A stretch of DNA of 15,350 nucleotides, from IMG/VR virus record IMGVR_UViG_2690316153_000018; one strand, written 5' to 3'. The stretch's first letter is position 1. Every line of letters starts with the position of its first letter. Below the pieces are notes generated by a model, which saw only the letters and a list, made by a program, of their open reading frames with translations, was not told the origin of the DNA and ran no database searches. The translations under genes were made by a program, and so were the position numbers. This document shows positions 7,301 to 14,353 of this stretch, piece after piece. The DNA is from a virus (Duplodnaviria > Heunggongvirae > Uroviricota > Caudoviricetes).

Positions 7301-7552
7301 AGCTAATAATCCTTTTCAATGAAGCTGGAGGTGTGTTTAACTATTAGTTAAATTTCTATTTTTATAGAAACAAGCTTTACAACTTCATCAAAGTTTCTCA
7401 AATCCTAATCCACTTTGCAAATCCACTAACCATGCTGAATGCTTTCTGTTGTTAAACATATCCGCTGCTGGCACCAAGCAGACAAACACACTAACTCTAC
7501 CCTACTCCACAAAAGAGCCAATCAATATCTGAACTAATAAACTTTAATCTCA

Positions 7553-7975
7553 TCACTTCAATAAATATCGAGCATTTCCCTGATAGAATGCTAGTATGCG
7601 CTGCATAACTTCACTCTTCCGGCACTCGCGACAGATTATGTTCTGACGCCTGTCGTAGCGACGTATTTCTCCGTCAGGTAATGACCAGATAAGGTCCGGA
7701 TCAACCGCAGATGGTTCCTTCAGCTTTGCCCTTGAGAGCTTTTTACGGGCATTTTGCCAGTCCTTACGCGCCTGTTCAGACGGGAATAACCCGTAACCAG
7801 AGTTGTATACATCGCCGCTGGCAACCAGCTCTCTTGCGAGAACGCTCATCAGATATCTTGTCGCACCTGTCTTGACTTCCAGTTGCCGTAACGTCTCACG
7901 CCCACTCCGGCGTACGAGTTCAACAACCTGCCCTTTAATTTTTTCCCGCTCTTCTTGTGTAAAAACTTTTGCCAC
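7553..7975 (-). CDS. hypothetical phage protein (140 aa) in the replication-module position
   Basis: GTG start at 7975 preceded by a perfect AGGAGG at 4-nt spacing; begins 40 nt downstream of the O-like gene. Basic, possibly nucleic-acid-binding; no motif assigned. Confidence 0.7.
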   Translation of the reverse strand: MAKVFTQEEREKIKGQVVELVRRSGRETLRQLEVKTGATRYLMSVLARELVASGDVYNSGYGLFPSEQARKDWQNARKKLSRAKLKEPSAVDPDLIWSLPDGEIRRYDRRQNIICRECRKSEVMQRILAFYQGNARYLLK

Positions 7976-8015
7976 AAGCCCTCCTGAAAATTACCTCATG
8001 ACCAGAAATTAACAC

Positions 8016-8981
8016 TTACCCCCTGAAGCCCGGCGGAATTTCGGTATCCGGCTCAGAAATATGATTCACACAACGCTGTACAGACGAACGCCCCAGGCGG
8101 ATAACCAGTTCATCCCATTTTTCGCGAAGCTTTGACGGACTCATGATATTTTTTACCCAGAATGGATCCCGCTGCACCCGACCAAACATTTCACAAATTT
8201 GTCTGTGAGTTCTGCCATCCAGCATCCGCATTGTGCGCACGTCGTTGGCCCATGCGGTCCAGTTGGGTTCTTTCGGTCGCGAAATCTCGCCATCATCGCT
8301 GGCGGCCTGCTCGTAAAGACTCACGATTCGCCCCCAGATCCACTGCGCACACGCCAAATCTTCCTGGCTGCCCCACTGGCGTTTTTTCGCACTGAACACA
8401 ACCGCGTCAGGGTGTCGGGTTAAAAAATCCTGTTCAACCGTCTGCGGGTCCGGTTGCGAAGCTTCCGGACGAGAAGTCTTTTTATTCTCTGTAGTAATCT
8501 CTGTTGTATTCTCTGTAAGATCATCAGGCCATTTTGACCCGATGACATTGAGTCGTTTTGAACCAATGGAGCGTTTCATTTTGACCTCTTCCATCGTGTC
8601 ATTTTGACCTGATGGAGCGGCGCATTTTAAACCGATGGATTCGCTCAATTTGCCACCATCTAAAAGCTCGCTCCCGTAGTTGATCGTGTAGAAATTGGTC
8701 ATATCGCGCTTTGATTTATTGAGCTTTTCACAACGCAAAAGCCCCAGCGTTTTCAGACTTGCAAACGCGCGCTTTAACGTTGACTCTGACCAGAATGGGA
8801 ACTGTTCCAGCCATTGTTCCGTTGTGTTATAAATCCAGCGAACACCATCACATTCCATGCCGGAGTTGGTATCTCTCAACCAGTAGTGCAGTTGTTGCAA
8901 AACAATGGCTTCGTTTAAGCCAATTTTCATTGCCAGCTGCGTGTTTATAACCAGTGGGCGTTCAGCAAAAAGAAGACTCAT
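8016..8981 (-). CDS. Phage replication initiation protein, O-like / replisome-organizer family (tentative)
   Basis: ORF track starts at TTG 9035; the ATG at 8981 (MSLLFAERPLVINTQLAMKIGLNEAIVLQQLHYWL...) has GGATGGA upstream. The N-terminal winged-helix-like region resembles phage replication-initiator N-domains, and the gene sits where O sits in lambdoid phages, downstream of cro. Confidence 0.6.
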   Translation of the reverse strand: MSLLFAERPLVINTQLAMKIGLNEAIVLQQLHYWLRDTNSGMECDGVRWIYNTTEQWLEQFPFWSESTLKRAFASLKTLGLLRCEKLNKSKRDMTNFYTINYGSELLDGGKLSESIGLKCAAPSGQNDTMEEVKMKRSIGSKRLNVIGSKWPDDLTENTTEITTENKKTSRPEASQPDPQTVEQDFLTRHPDAVVFSAKKRQWGSQEDLACAQWIWGRIVSLYEQAASDDGEISRPKEPNWTAWANDVRTMRMLDGRTHRQICEMFGRVQRDPFWVKNIMSPSKLREKWDELVIRLGRSSVQRCVNHISEPDTEIPPGFRG

Positions 8982-9483
8982 AATTCCATCCAGCTTTTTG
9001 TTGGTATTGCTGTCGATACGCAAGCTTGAAAGCAATTGCTTTTTCTATAAGTTCGTCAGTTTCACGATCTACAACGGCAGGATCTGCAAAAAGCAGTCCG
9101 GATTCCACCACATCGCCATATTCTTTATTTAACCCGGCGATCATGTACGTAATACTTTTTCCATCACTGATCTCACGATACAACCTGAAATCACTAATCC
9201 GGATAGCCTCCATAATCGCAGGCACTAGCGCCATGAACTTTTCACGCTTATCCCTGGTGTCGATAGCCTTCCAGCGTTCGAATATCTTCACTCGATTAAC
9301 GCCAAGCGCTCGCTGATCAACCGCGCCACCTTCATCTGTGACACGCTGAACATCGATGTTCGGGCGCTCTTTCAAAGCCCAGAATGCTTCAGTGATTAAT
9401 ATCGTCGCCTGCTCCTGTGTCATTCCTGGTCGACATATCCAGGCATCCAGAGCCTCACGAGCCTGTTCAGGAGTGATTTTCAT
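8962..9483 (-). CDS. hypothetical phage protein (173 aa) immediately downstream of dicC (cII-like position)
   Basis: ATG at 9483 overlaps the 3' end of dicC by about 17 nt, suggesting translational coupling. No motif assigned. Confidence 0.65.
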   Translation of the reverse strand: MKITPEQAREALDAWICRPGMTQEQATILITEAFWALKERPNIDVQRVTDEGGAVDQRALGVNRVKIFERWKAIDTRDKREKFMALVPAIMEAIRISDFRLYREISDGKSITYMIAGLNKEYGDVVESGLLFADPAVVDRETDELIEKAIAFKLAYRQQYQQKAGWNYESSFC

Positions 9484-9697
9484 TGTTCAACCGCCCCGCC
9501 CGCTTCGTCTTACGATATTCATCATAAACTTTGGGATCATACTGAAGCTCCCCGCCAGATGCCTCCTGTAGACGCATCGCGCGACCTTCGGGAACTAAAT
9601 CCCCTTTCCAGCTATAAAGCGAAGCCAAACGAATACCTGCTGCTTGTGCAAGTTTTGTTTTTGAACCGAAATACAAAAGAGCGTCAGTTTTAAGCAT
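9467..9697 (-). CDS. dicC: Cro-like repressor DicC
   Basis: 76-aa product MLKTDALLYFGSKTKLAQAAGIRLASLYSWKGDLVPEGRAMRLQE... matches my recollection of E. coli DicC. Divergent from dicA across an 83-bp operator region. Confidence 0.88.
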   Translation of the reverse strand: MLKTDALLYFGSKTKLAQAAGIRLASLYSWKGDLVPEGRAMRLQEASGGELQYDPKVYDEYRKTKRAGRLNNENHS

Positions 9698-9711
9698 TTA
9701 AAACACCTTTA

Positions 9712-9778
9712 TTGTTAGTCATAACTAACAAAATAGATGTTAACAAAAACATAGTCAATACGATTTAGCATTAGCTAA
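9712..9778. promoter_or_regulatory. dicC-dicA divergent promoter/operator region with inverted-repeat operators
   Basis: Inverted repeat TTGTTAGT-N4-ACTAACAA at 9712..9731 and 8-bp palindrome TTAGCTAA at 9771..9778, between divergently transcribed repressor genes. Confidence 0.6.
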
Positions 9779-9780
9779 CT

Positions 9781-10188
9781 ATGGAAACAAAAAATTTAAC
9801 TATCGGCGAACGCATTAGGTATCGTCGGAAAAACCTCAAACACACCCAAAGGTCTCTTGCTAAAGCCCTGAAAATCTCCCATGTGTCTGTATCACAATGG
9901 GAACGGGATGATAGTGAACCTACAGGGAAGAACCTTTTTGCCCTCAGCAAAGTATTGCAATGCTCACCAACATGGATTCTATTTGGCGATGAAGACAAGC
10001 AACCAACACCACCTGTTGAGAAGCCAGTTGCCTTATCCCCCAAAGAACTAGAGCTCCTTGAGCTGTTTAATGCACTGCCAGAATCAGAACAGGATACCCA
10101 GCTCGCCGAAATGCGAGCTCGAGTAAAAAACTTCAATAAACTCTTTGAAGAATTACTAAAAGCCCGTCAGCGGACAAATAAAAGATAA
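9781..10188 (+). CDS. dicA: cI-like HTH repressor DicA (XRE family)
   Basis: 135-aa product METKNLTIGERIRYRRKNLKHTQRSLAKALKISHVSVSQWERDDSEP... with a clear XRE-type HTH; matches my recollection of E. coli DicA. Confidence 0.9.
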   Translation: METKNLTIGERIRYRRKNLKHTQRSLAKALKISHVSVSQWERDDSEPTGKNLFALSKVLQCSPTWILFGDEDKQPTPPVEKPVALSPKELELLELFNALPESEQDTQLAEMRARVKNFNKLFEELLKARQRTNKR

Positions 10189-10224
10189 CATCATCAATGA
10201 GTTATCTTTTACCACATCAATCAT

Positions 10225-10277
10225 GTTAGCCATAACATACAAAATCACTTGACCTATATGTTAGCCATGGCTAATCT
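10225..10277 (+). promoter_or_regulatory. Candidate dicB-operon promoter with overlapping operator palindrome
   Basis: TTGACC (10249..10254), 17-nt spacer, TAATCT (10272..10277). The 14-bp perfect palindrome TTAGCCATGGCTAA (10261..10274) overlaps the spacer and -10, and a related half-site TGTTAGCCATAACA lies at 10225..10238. Confidence 0.45.
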
Positions 10278-10354
10278 TATTTGCATCAACACACCGCACG
10301 GTGTTCTCAGCAAACAGTTCCGCTACCCCAGCGTTAAGGGGAAATGAGGTCAGC

Positions 10355-10510
10355 ATGGATACTATCGATCTTGGCAACAACGAATCTCTGGTGTACGGCG
10401 TGTTTCCCAACCAGGACGGTACGTTCACCGCGATGACGTATACCAAAAGCAAAACGTTTAAAACCGAAAATGGTGCCCGTCGCTGGCTGGAAAGAAACTC
10501 AGGTGAGTGA
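10355..10510 (+). CDS. ydfA: YdfA-like small protein (51 aa), first gene of the dicB operon
   Basis: ATG at 10355 with GAGG 5 nt upstream; product MDTIDLGNNESLVYGVFPNQDGTFTAMTYTKSKTFKTENGARRWLERNSGE matches my recollection of YdfA. Confidence 0.8.
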   Translation: MDTIDLGNNESLVYGVFPNQDGTFTAMTYTKSKTFKTENGARRWLERNSGE

Positions 10511-10511
10511 T

Positions 10512-10640
10512 ATGGATTTCGACACAATCATGGAAAAGGCTTACGAAGAATACTTCGAAGGTCTTGCCGAAGGCGAAGAAGCTCTCAGCTTCAACGAATT
10601 TAAACAGGCGCTTTCCAGTTCGGCAAAATCTAACGGCTGA
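10512..10640 (+). CDS. ydfB: YdfB-like small acidic protein (42 aa)
   Basis: ATG at 10512, one nt after the ydfA stop, with GGTGAG upstream; product MDFDTIMEKAYEEYFEGLAEGEEALSFNEFKQALSSSAKSNG. Falls below the ORF-track size cut-off and was translated by hand. Confidence 0.7.
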   Translation: MDFDTIMEKAYEEYFEGLAEGEEALSFNEFKQALSSSAKSNG

Positions 10641-10669
10641 TAAGCGAAACAGCACCGCGAGGAATCAGT

Positions 10670-10888
10670 ATGCAGAAACGAGAACCCGTCATCATCGCGC
10701 CAGACTATACCGATGATGAACTTTATGAGTGGATGCACCAGAAAATTAATGCAGCGCAGGATCTGAAATGGGCCAATGAAGCCAGAGCTAAGCAGGCTGA
10801 AAATCTGTCCGCTCTGGAGCAGGATATCACCAGGCTGGAAAAAGCAGCGGCATTAAGCATTGCCAGAATGATTACATACCCGCGTTAG
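10670..10888 (+). CDS. ydfC: YdfC-like protein (72 aa)
   Basis: ATG at 10670 with GAGGAA at 6-nt spacing; product MQKREPVIIAPDYTDDELYEWMHQKINAAQDLKWANEARAKQAENLSALEQDITRLEKAAALSIARMITYPR. Confidence 0.8.
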   Translation: MQKREPVIIAPDYTDDELYEWMHQKINAAQDLKWANEARAKQAENLSALEQDITRLEKAAALSIARMITYPR

Positions 10889-11229
10889 TAGCTAATCAAC
10901 AAAGCTAAGGTTAGTAATTAAGGAGTTCTCCACGGGTGAGGTGGAGTGCGTGCGCCGGACACGGGTGAGCATCCGGCATTGACAGTTTACTGAAAGGATA
11001 TTTCCCTGAAAAGTCAGACCATAACGCGAAAGCGCACGGCGAGGTAGCTGGTTCATAGATAGCCTGTCGTTAAATTTTCGTCGACCGTGCGCTTCCGGTT
11101 GTGGCAATCCGCGAAATGGCGCGGCGGTAAGTATGGCGGGGTTATTCCTTCCCCCGTTGAGGACACCGGGTTGTCAGGTTGACCATACGCTTAAGTGACA
11201 ACCCCGCTGCAACGCCCTCTGTTATCAAT

Positions 11230-11282
11230 TTTCTGGTGACGTTTGGCGGTATCAGTTTTACTCCGTGACTGCTCTGCCGCCC
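11230..11282 (+). ncRNA. dicF: DicF small regulatory RNA (53 nt), an Hfq-dependent ftsZ-targeting sRNA processed from the dicB-operon transcript
   Basis: Sequence TTTCTGGTGACGTTTGGCGGTATCAGTTTTACTCCGTGACTGCTCTGCCGCCC followed by TTTTT matches DicF as I remember it, in the expected position between ydfC and dicB after a roughly 340-nt untranslated leader. Confidence 0.7.
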
Positions 11283-11456
11283 TTTTTAAAGTGAATTTTG
11301 TGATGTGGTGAATGCGGCTGAGCGCACGCGGAACAGTTAAAACCAAAAACAGTGTTATGGGTGGATTCTCTGTATCCGGCGTTAATTGTTAACTGGTTAA
11401 CGTCACCTGGAGGCACCAGGCATCGCATCACAAAATTCATTGTTGAGGACGCGATA

Positions 11457-11645
11457 ATGGAAACGTTATTACCAAACGTTAATACGTCTGAAGGTTGTTT
11501 TGAAATTGGTGTCACTATCAGTAACCCTGTATTTACTGAAGATGCCATTAACAAGAGAAAACACGAACGGGAGCTATTAAATAAAATATGCATTCTTTCA
11601 ATGCTGGCCCGTTTACGTCCGATACAAAAAGGATGCTGGCAATGA
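11457..11645 (+). CDS. dicB: Cell-division inhibitor DicB (62 aa; acts with MinC)
   Basis: In-frame ATG at 11457 gives METLLPNVNTSEGCFEIGVTISNPVFTEDAINKRKHERELLNKICILSMLARLRPIQKGCWQ (62 aa), matching my recollection of DicB. The ORF-track start at 11352 is an upstream extension. Confidence 0.85.
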   Translation: METLLPNVNTSEGCFEIGVTISNPVFTEDAINKRKHERELLNKICILSMLARLRPIQKGCWQ

Positions 11646-11833
11646 ATACAGCATTTGCACTTGTTCTGACAGTTTTTCTTGTTTCCGGAGAGCCAGTTGA
11701 TATTGCAGTCAGTGTTCACAGGACAATGCAGGAGTGTGTGACTGCAGCAACCGAACAGAAAATTCCCGGTAACTGTTACCCGGTCGATAAAGTTATTCAC
11801 CAGGATAATAACGAAATCCCGGCAGGTCTTTAA
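11642..11833 (+). CDS. ydfD: YdfD-like small membrane/lysis-associated protein (63 aa)
   Basis: ATG at 11642 overlaps the dicB TGA (ATGA overlap); product MNTAFALVLTVFLVSGEPVDIAVSVHRTMQECVTAATEQKIPGNCYPVDKVIHQDNNEIPAGL has an N-terminal hydrophobic helix. Confidence 0.8.
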   Translation: MNTAFALVLTVFLVSGEPVDIAVSVHRTMQECVTAATEQKIPGNCYPVDKVIHQDNNEIPAGL

Positions 11834-11925
11834 AACAGTTCCGTAATAAACATCCGGTTTCATTCTTATATGCCAGCAATGGCAGGGATTTGTTCACCCT
11901 TAAATCTGTAATGAGGTAAAACAAA

Positions 11926-14043
11926 ATGAGTAAAGTCTTTATTTGCGCTGCTATTCCTGATGAACAGGCCATAAAAGAAGATAGCGCTGTTGCGGTGGCC
12001 ACTGCCATTGAAGCTGGTGATGAGCGTCGCGCACGCGCAAAATTTCATTGGCAATTTCTGGAGCAATTCCCTGCAGCTCAGGACTGCGCTTATAAATTTA
12101 TTGTCTGTGAGGATAAACCCGGCATACCCCGCCCTGCCCTCGATTCCTGGGATGCTGAATATATGCAGGAAAACCGCTGGGATGAGGAGTCTGCTTCCTT
12201 TGTCCCGGTTGAGACTGAATCCGATCCGATGAACGTCACTTTTGACAAGCTGGCCCCTGAAGTACAGAACGCTGTCATGGTTAAGTTCGACACATGTGAA
12301 AACATCACCGTTGATATGGTTATTAGCGCACAGGAATTGTTGCAGGAAGACATGGCAACATTCGACGGACATATCGTTGAAGCGTTGATGAAAATGCCAG
12401 AAGTTAACGCCATGTATCCGGAGCTTAAGCTGCATGCCATCGGGTGGGTTAAGCATAAATGTAAGCCTGATGCCCTTCGCTACGACCGCCAGACTATTTT
12501 TGGCCTTGTCCGTGAACGTCCGATCGACATTCACAAAGACCCTGTGGCACTGAACAAATACATTACTGAATACCTGACTACAAAGGGCGTGTTTGAAGAT
12601 GAAGGAACAAATCAGAGCGCAACTGATACTCTCTCGTCGTCAGTACCAGAAACTGATGCAGTGGAAACGGCAATTCCGGACAACGAAAAAACCGAATGCA
12701 AAGTGGAAGTCGAACCATCTGTAGAGCGTGAGGGGCCGTTCTACTTCCTCTTCACCGACAAGGATGGCGAAAAATACGGTCGCGCAAACAAACTTTCTGG
12801 TCTGGATAAGGCACTGGCTGCCGGGGCTACTGAAATCACGAAAGAAGAATATTTCGCCCGCAAAAACAGTACATACTCAGGTTCACAACAAAATACTGGT
12901 GCATCTGACACGACCGCACAACCAGAGCCGGTAAAAGTTACCGCTGACGAAGTAAACAAAATTATGCAGGCAGCCAATATCAGCCAGCCTGACGCCGATA
13001 AGTTGCTTGCTGCCTCTCGCGGAGAATTTGTTGCAGGGATTAGCGACCCGAATGATCCGAAATGGGTAAAGGGGATGGAAACCCGCGATTCTGTAAACCA
13101 GAACCAGCAAGAATCGGAACAGAACGACCAGAAAGCGGAACAAAACAGCCCAAATACGCAACAAAACGAGCCAGAAACGAAACAACCTGAGCCAGTAGCG
13201 CAACAGGAACCGGAAAAAGTCTGCACCGCCTGCGGTCAAAGCGGTGGTGGCAACTGCCATGATTGTGGCGCGGTGATGGGTGACGCAACATACCAGGAAA
13301 CATTCGATGAAGAGAATCAGGTTGAAGTTCAGGAAAATGATCCGGAGGAAATGGAAGGCGCTGAACATCCACACAAGGAGAATGCTGGTAGCGCTCAGGA
13401 TCACGCCAGCGATAGTGAAACTGGCGAGACGGCAGATCCCTTAATTACGGTGAACGGTCATCACGTTATCACATCCACCAGCAGGACGTGTGACCATCTA
13501 ATGATCGACCTTGAAACCATGGGAAAAAATCCTGATGCCCCGATTATCTCAATAGGTGCAATATTTTTCGATCCGCAAACCGGAGATATGGGACCGGAAT
13601 TTAGTAAGACTATTGATCTGGAAACTGCTGGCGGAGTCATTGATCGGGACACCATTAAATGGTGGCTTAAGCAATCACGCGAAGCGCAATCTGCCATTAT
13701 GACCGATGAAATCCCGTTAGATGATGCACTGTTACAATTGCGGGAATTTATCGACGAAAACTCCGGTGAATTTTTTGTTCAGGTCTGGGGTAACGGTGCA
13801 ACTTTCGACAACGTGATTTTACGCCGTTCATATGAACGGCAGGGGATCCCCTGCCCGTGGCGTTACACCAATGATCGCGATGTAAGAACGATGGTTGCTC
13901 TGGGACTGGTGATGGATTTCGACGCAAGAACGACTATTCCATTCGAAGGTGAACGCCATAACGCTCTGAACGATGCACGTTACCAGGCGAAATACGTTTC
14001 AGCCATCTGGCAAAAACTGCTCCCGAGTCAGGCTGATTTTTAA
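11926..14043 (+). CDS. ydfE: Full-length YdfE-like protein (705 aa) with C-terminal DEDD-type (DnaQ-like) 3'-5' exonuclease domain
   Basis: Long uninterrupted ORF. C-terminus has exonuclease motifs MIDLETMG (Exo I), [12 protein letters not shown] (Exo II) and HNALNDARY (Exo III). A CxxC-x8-CxxC zinc-ribbon-like motif ([16 protein letters not shown]) and an acidic/Gln-rich low-complexity linker precede it. Confidence 0.85.
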   Translation: MSKVFICAAIPDEQAIKEDSAVAVATAIEAGDERRARAKFHWQFLEQFPAAQDCAYKFIVCEDKPGIPRPALDSWDAEYMQENRWDEESASFVPVETESDPMNVTFDKLAPEVQNAVMVKFDTCENITVDMVISAQELLQEDMATFDGHIVEALMKMPEVNAMYPELKLHAIGWVKHKCKPDALRYDRQTIFGLVRERPIDIHKDPVALNKYITEYLTTKGVFEDEGTNQSATDTLSSSVPETDAVETAIPDNEKTECKVEVEPSVEREGPFYFLFTDKDGEKYGRANKLSGLDKALAAGATEITKEEYFARKNSTYSGSQQNTGASDTTAQPEPVKVTADEVNKIMQAANISQPDADKLLAASRGEFVAGISDPNDPKWVKGMETRDSVNQNQQESEQNDQKAEQNSPNTQQNEPETKQPEPVAQQEPEKVCTACGQSGGGNCHDCGAVMGDATYQETFDEENQVEVQENDPEEMEGAEHPHKENAGSAQDHASDSETGETADPLITVNGHHVITSTSRTCDHLMIDLETMGKNPDAPIISIGAIFFDPQTGDMGPEFSKTIDLETAGGVIDRDTIKWWLKQSREAQSAIMTDEIPLDDALLQLREFIDENSGEFFVQVWGNGATFDNVILRRSYERQGIPCPWRYTNDRDVRTMVALGLVMDFDARTTIPFEGERHNALNDARYQAKYVSAIWQKLLPSQADF

Positions 14044-14110
14044 TGTTCAACCCATATCGCCGCCCACCAGCTATAGTGGCGGCGGTCATGCTGTAAAGGC
14101 ACGTGACCAC

Positions 14111-14353
14111 ATGTACGAATTAACTCTATCTCCAGCAGAGATTAAAGAGATCACGAAATACGAGCGATACACAAAACAGCAACACCAGTTAAGACTGCAC
14201 GGCATCCCATTTGTAATCGGCCCTAAAAACGAACCCATAGTTCTCCGCAGGGATATTCCACACGGTCTGACAACGATGCCAAAAACATCTGAACTGGTTT
14301 CTGCTGAACCCGATTTTGAGGCGCTGAACAATGGGAAGACCAAGAAAAAATAA
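14111..14353 (+). CDS. xis: Excisionase-like protein (about 80 aa), overlapping the integrase start
   Basis: ATG at 14111 within ORF 13973..14353; the 3' end overlaps the int start by 23 nt, as in lambda xis/int; small basic product. Assigned by position and size, not by a recognised motif. Confidence 0.55.
   Translation: MYELTLSPAEIKEITKYERYTKQQHQLRLHGIPFVIGPKNEPIVLRRDIPHGLTTMPKTSELVSAEPDFEALNNGKTKKK

Noticed and set aside
7462-7490. Possible terminator hairpin downstream of the 140-aa gene (CTGCTGG / CCAAGCAG)
   Set aside because: The stem is imperfect with a bulge and is not followed by a U-run on the minus strand, so it is not a convincing intrinsic terminator.
8162-9571. Plus-strand ORFs 8162..8395, 8199..8423, 8759..8950, 8905..9132, 9026..9316, 9356..9571
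   Set aside because: Antisense to the O-like and 173-aa genes in a region where all credible genes run on the minus strand; translations are Ser/Arg/Pro-rich frame shadows.
9771-10655. Minus-strand ORFs 9771..10136, 10261..10527, 10458..10655, 10541..10738 and plus-strand 10507..10716
   Set aside because: They overlap dicA, ydfA, ydfB and ydfC on the opposite strand or in another frame. The real genes there match known proteins with proper ribosome-binding sites.
11258-13697. Multiple minus-strand ORFs (11258..11863, 11866..12534, 12090..12440, 12741..13226, 12883..13404, 13040..13372, 13461..13697)
   Set aside because: All lie antisense to, and fully inside, the well-supported dicF/dicB/ydfD/ydfE genes. 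Their translations are low-complexity (Cys- or Arg/Leu-rich) and lack ribosome-binding sites, so they are shadow ORFs.
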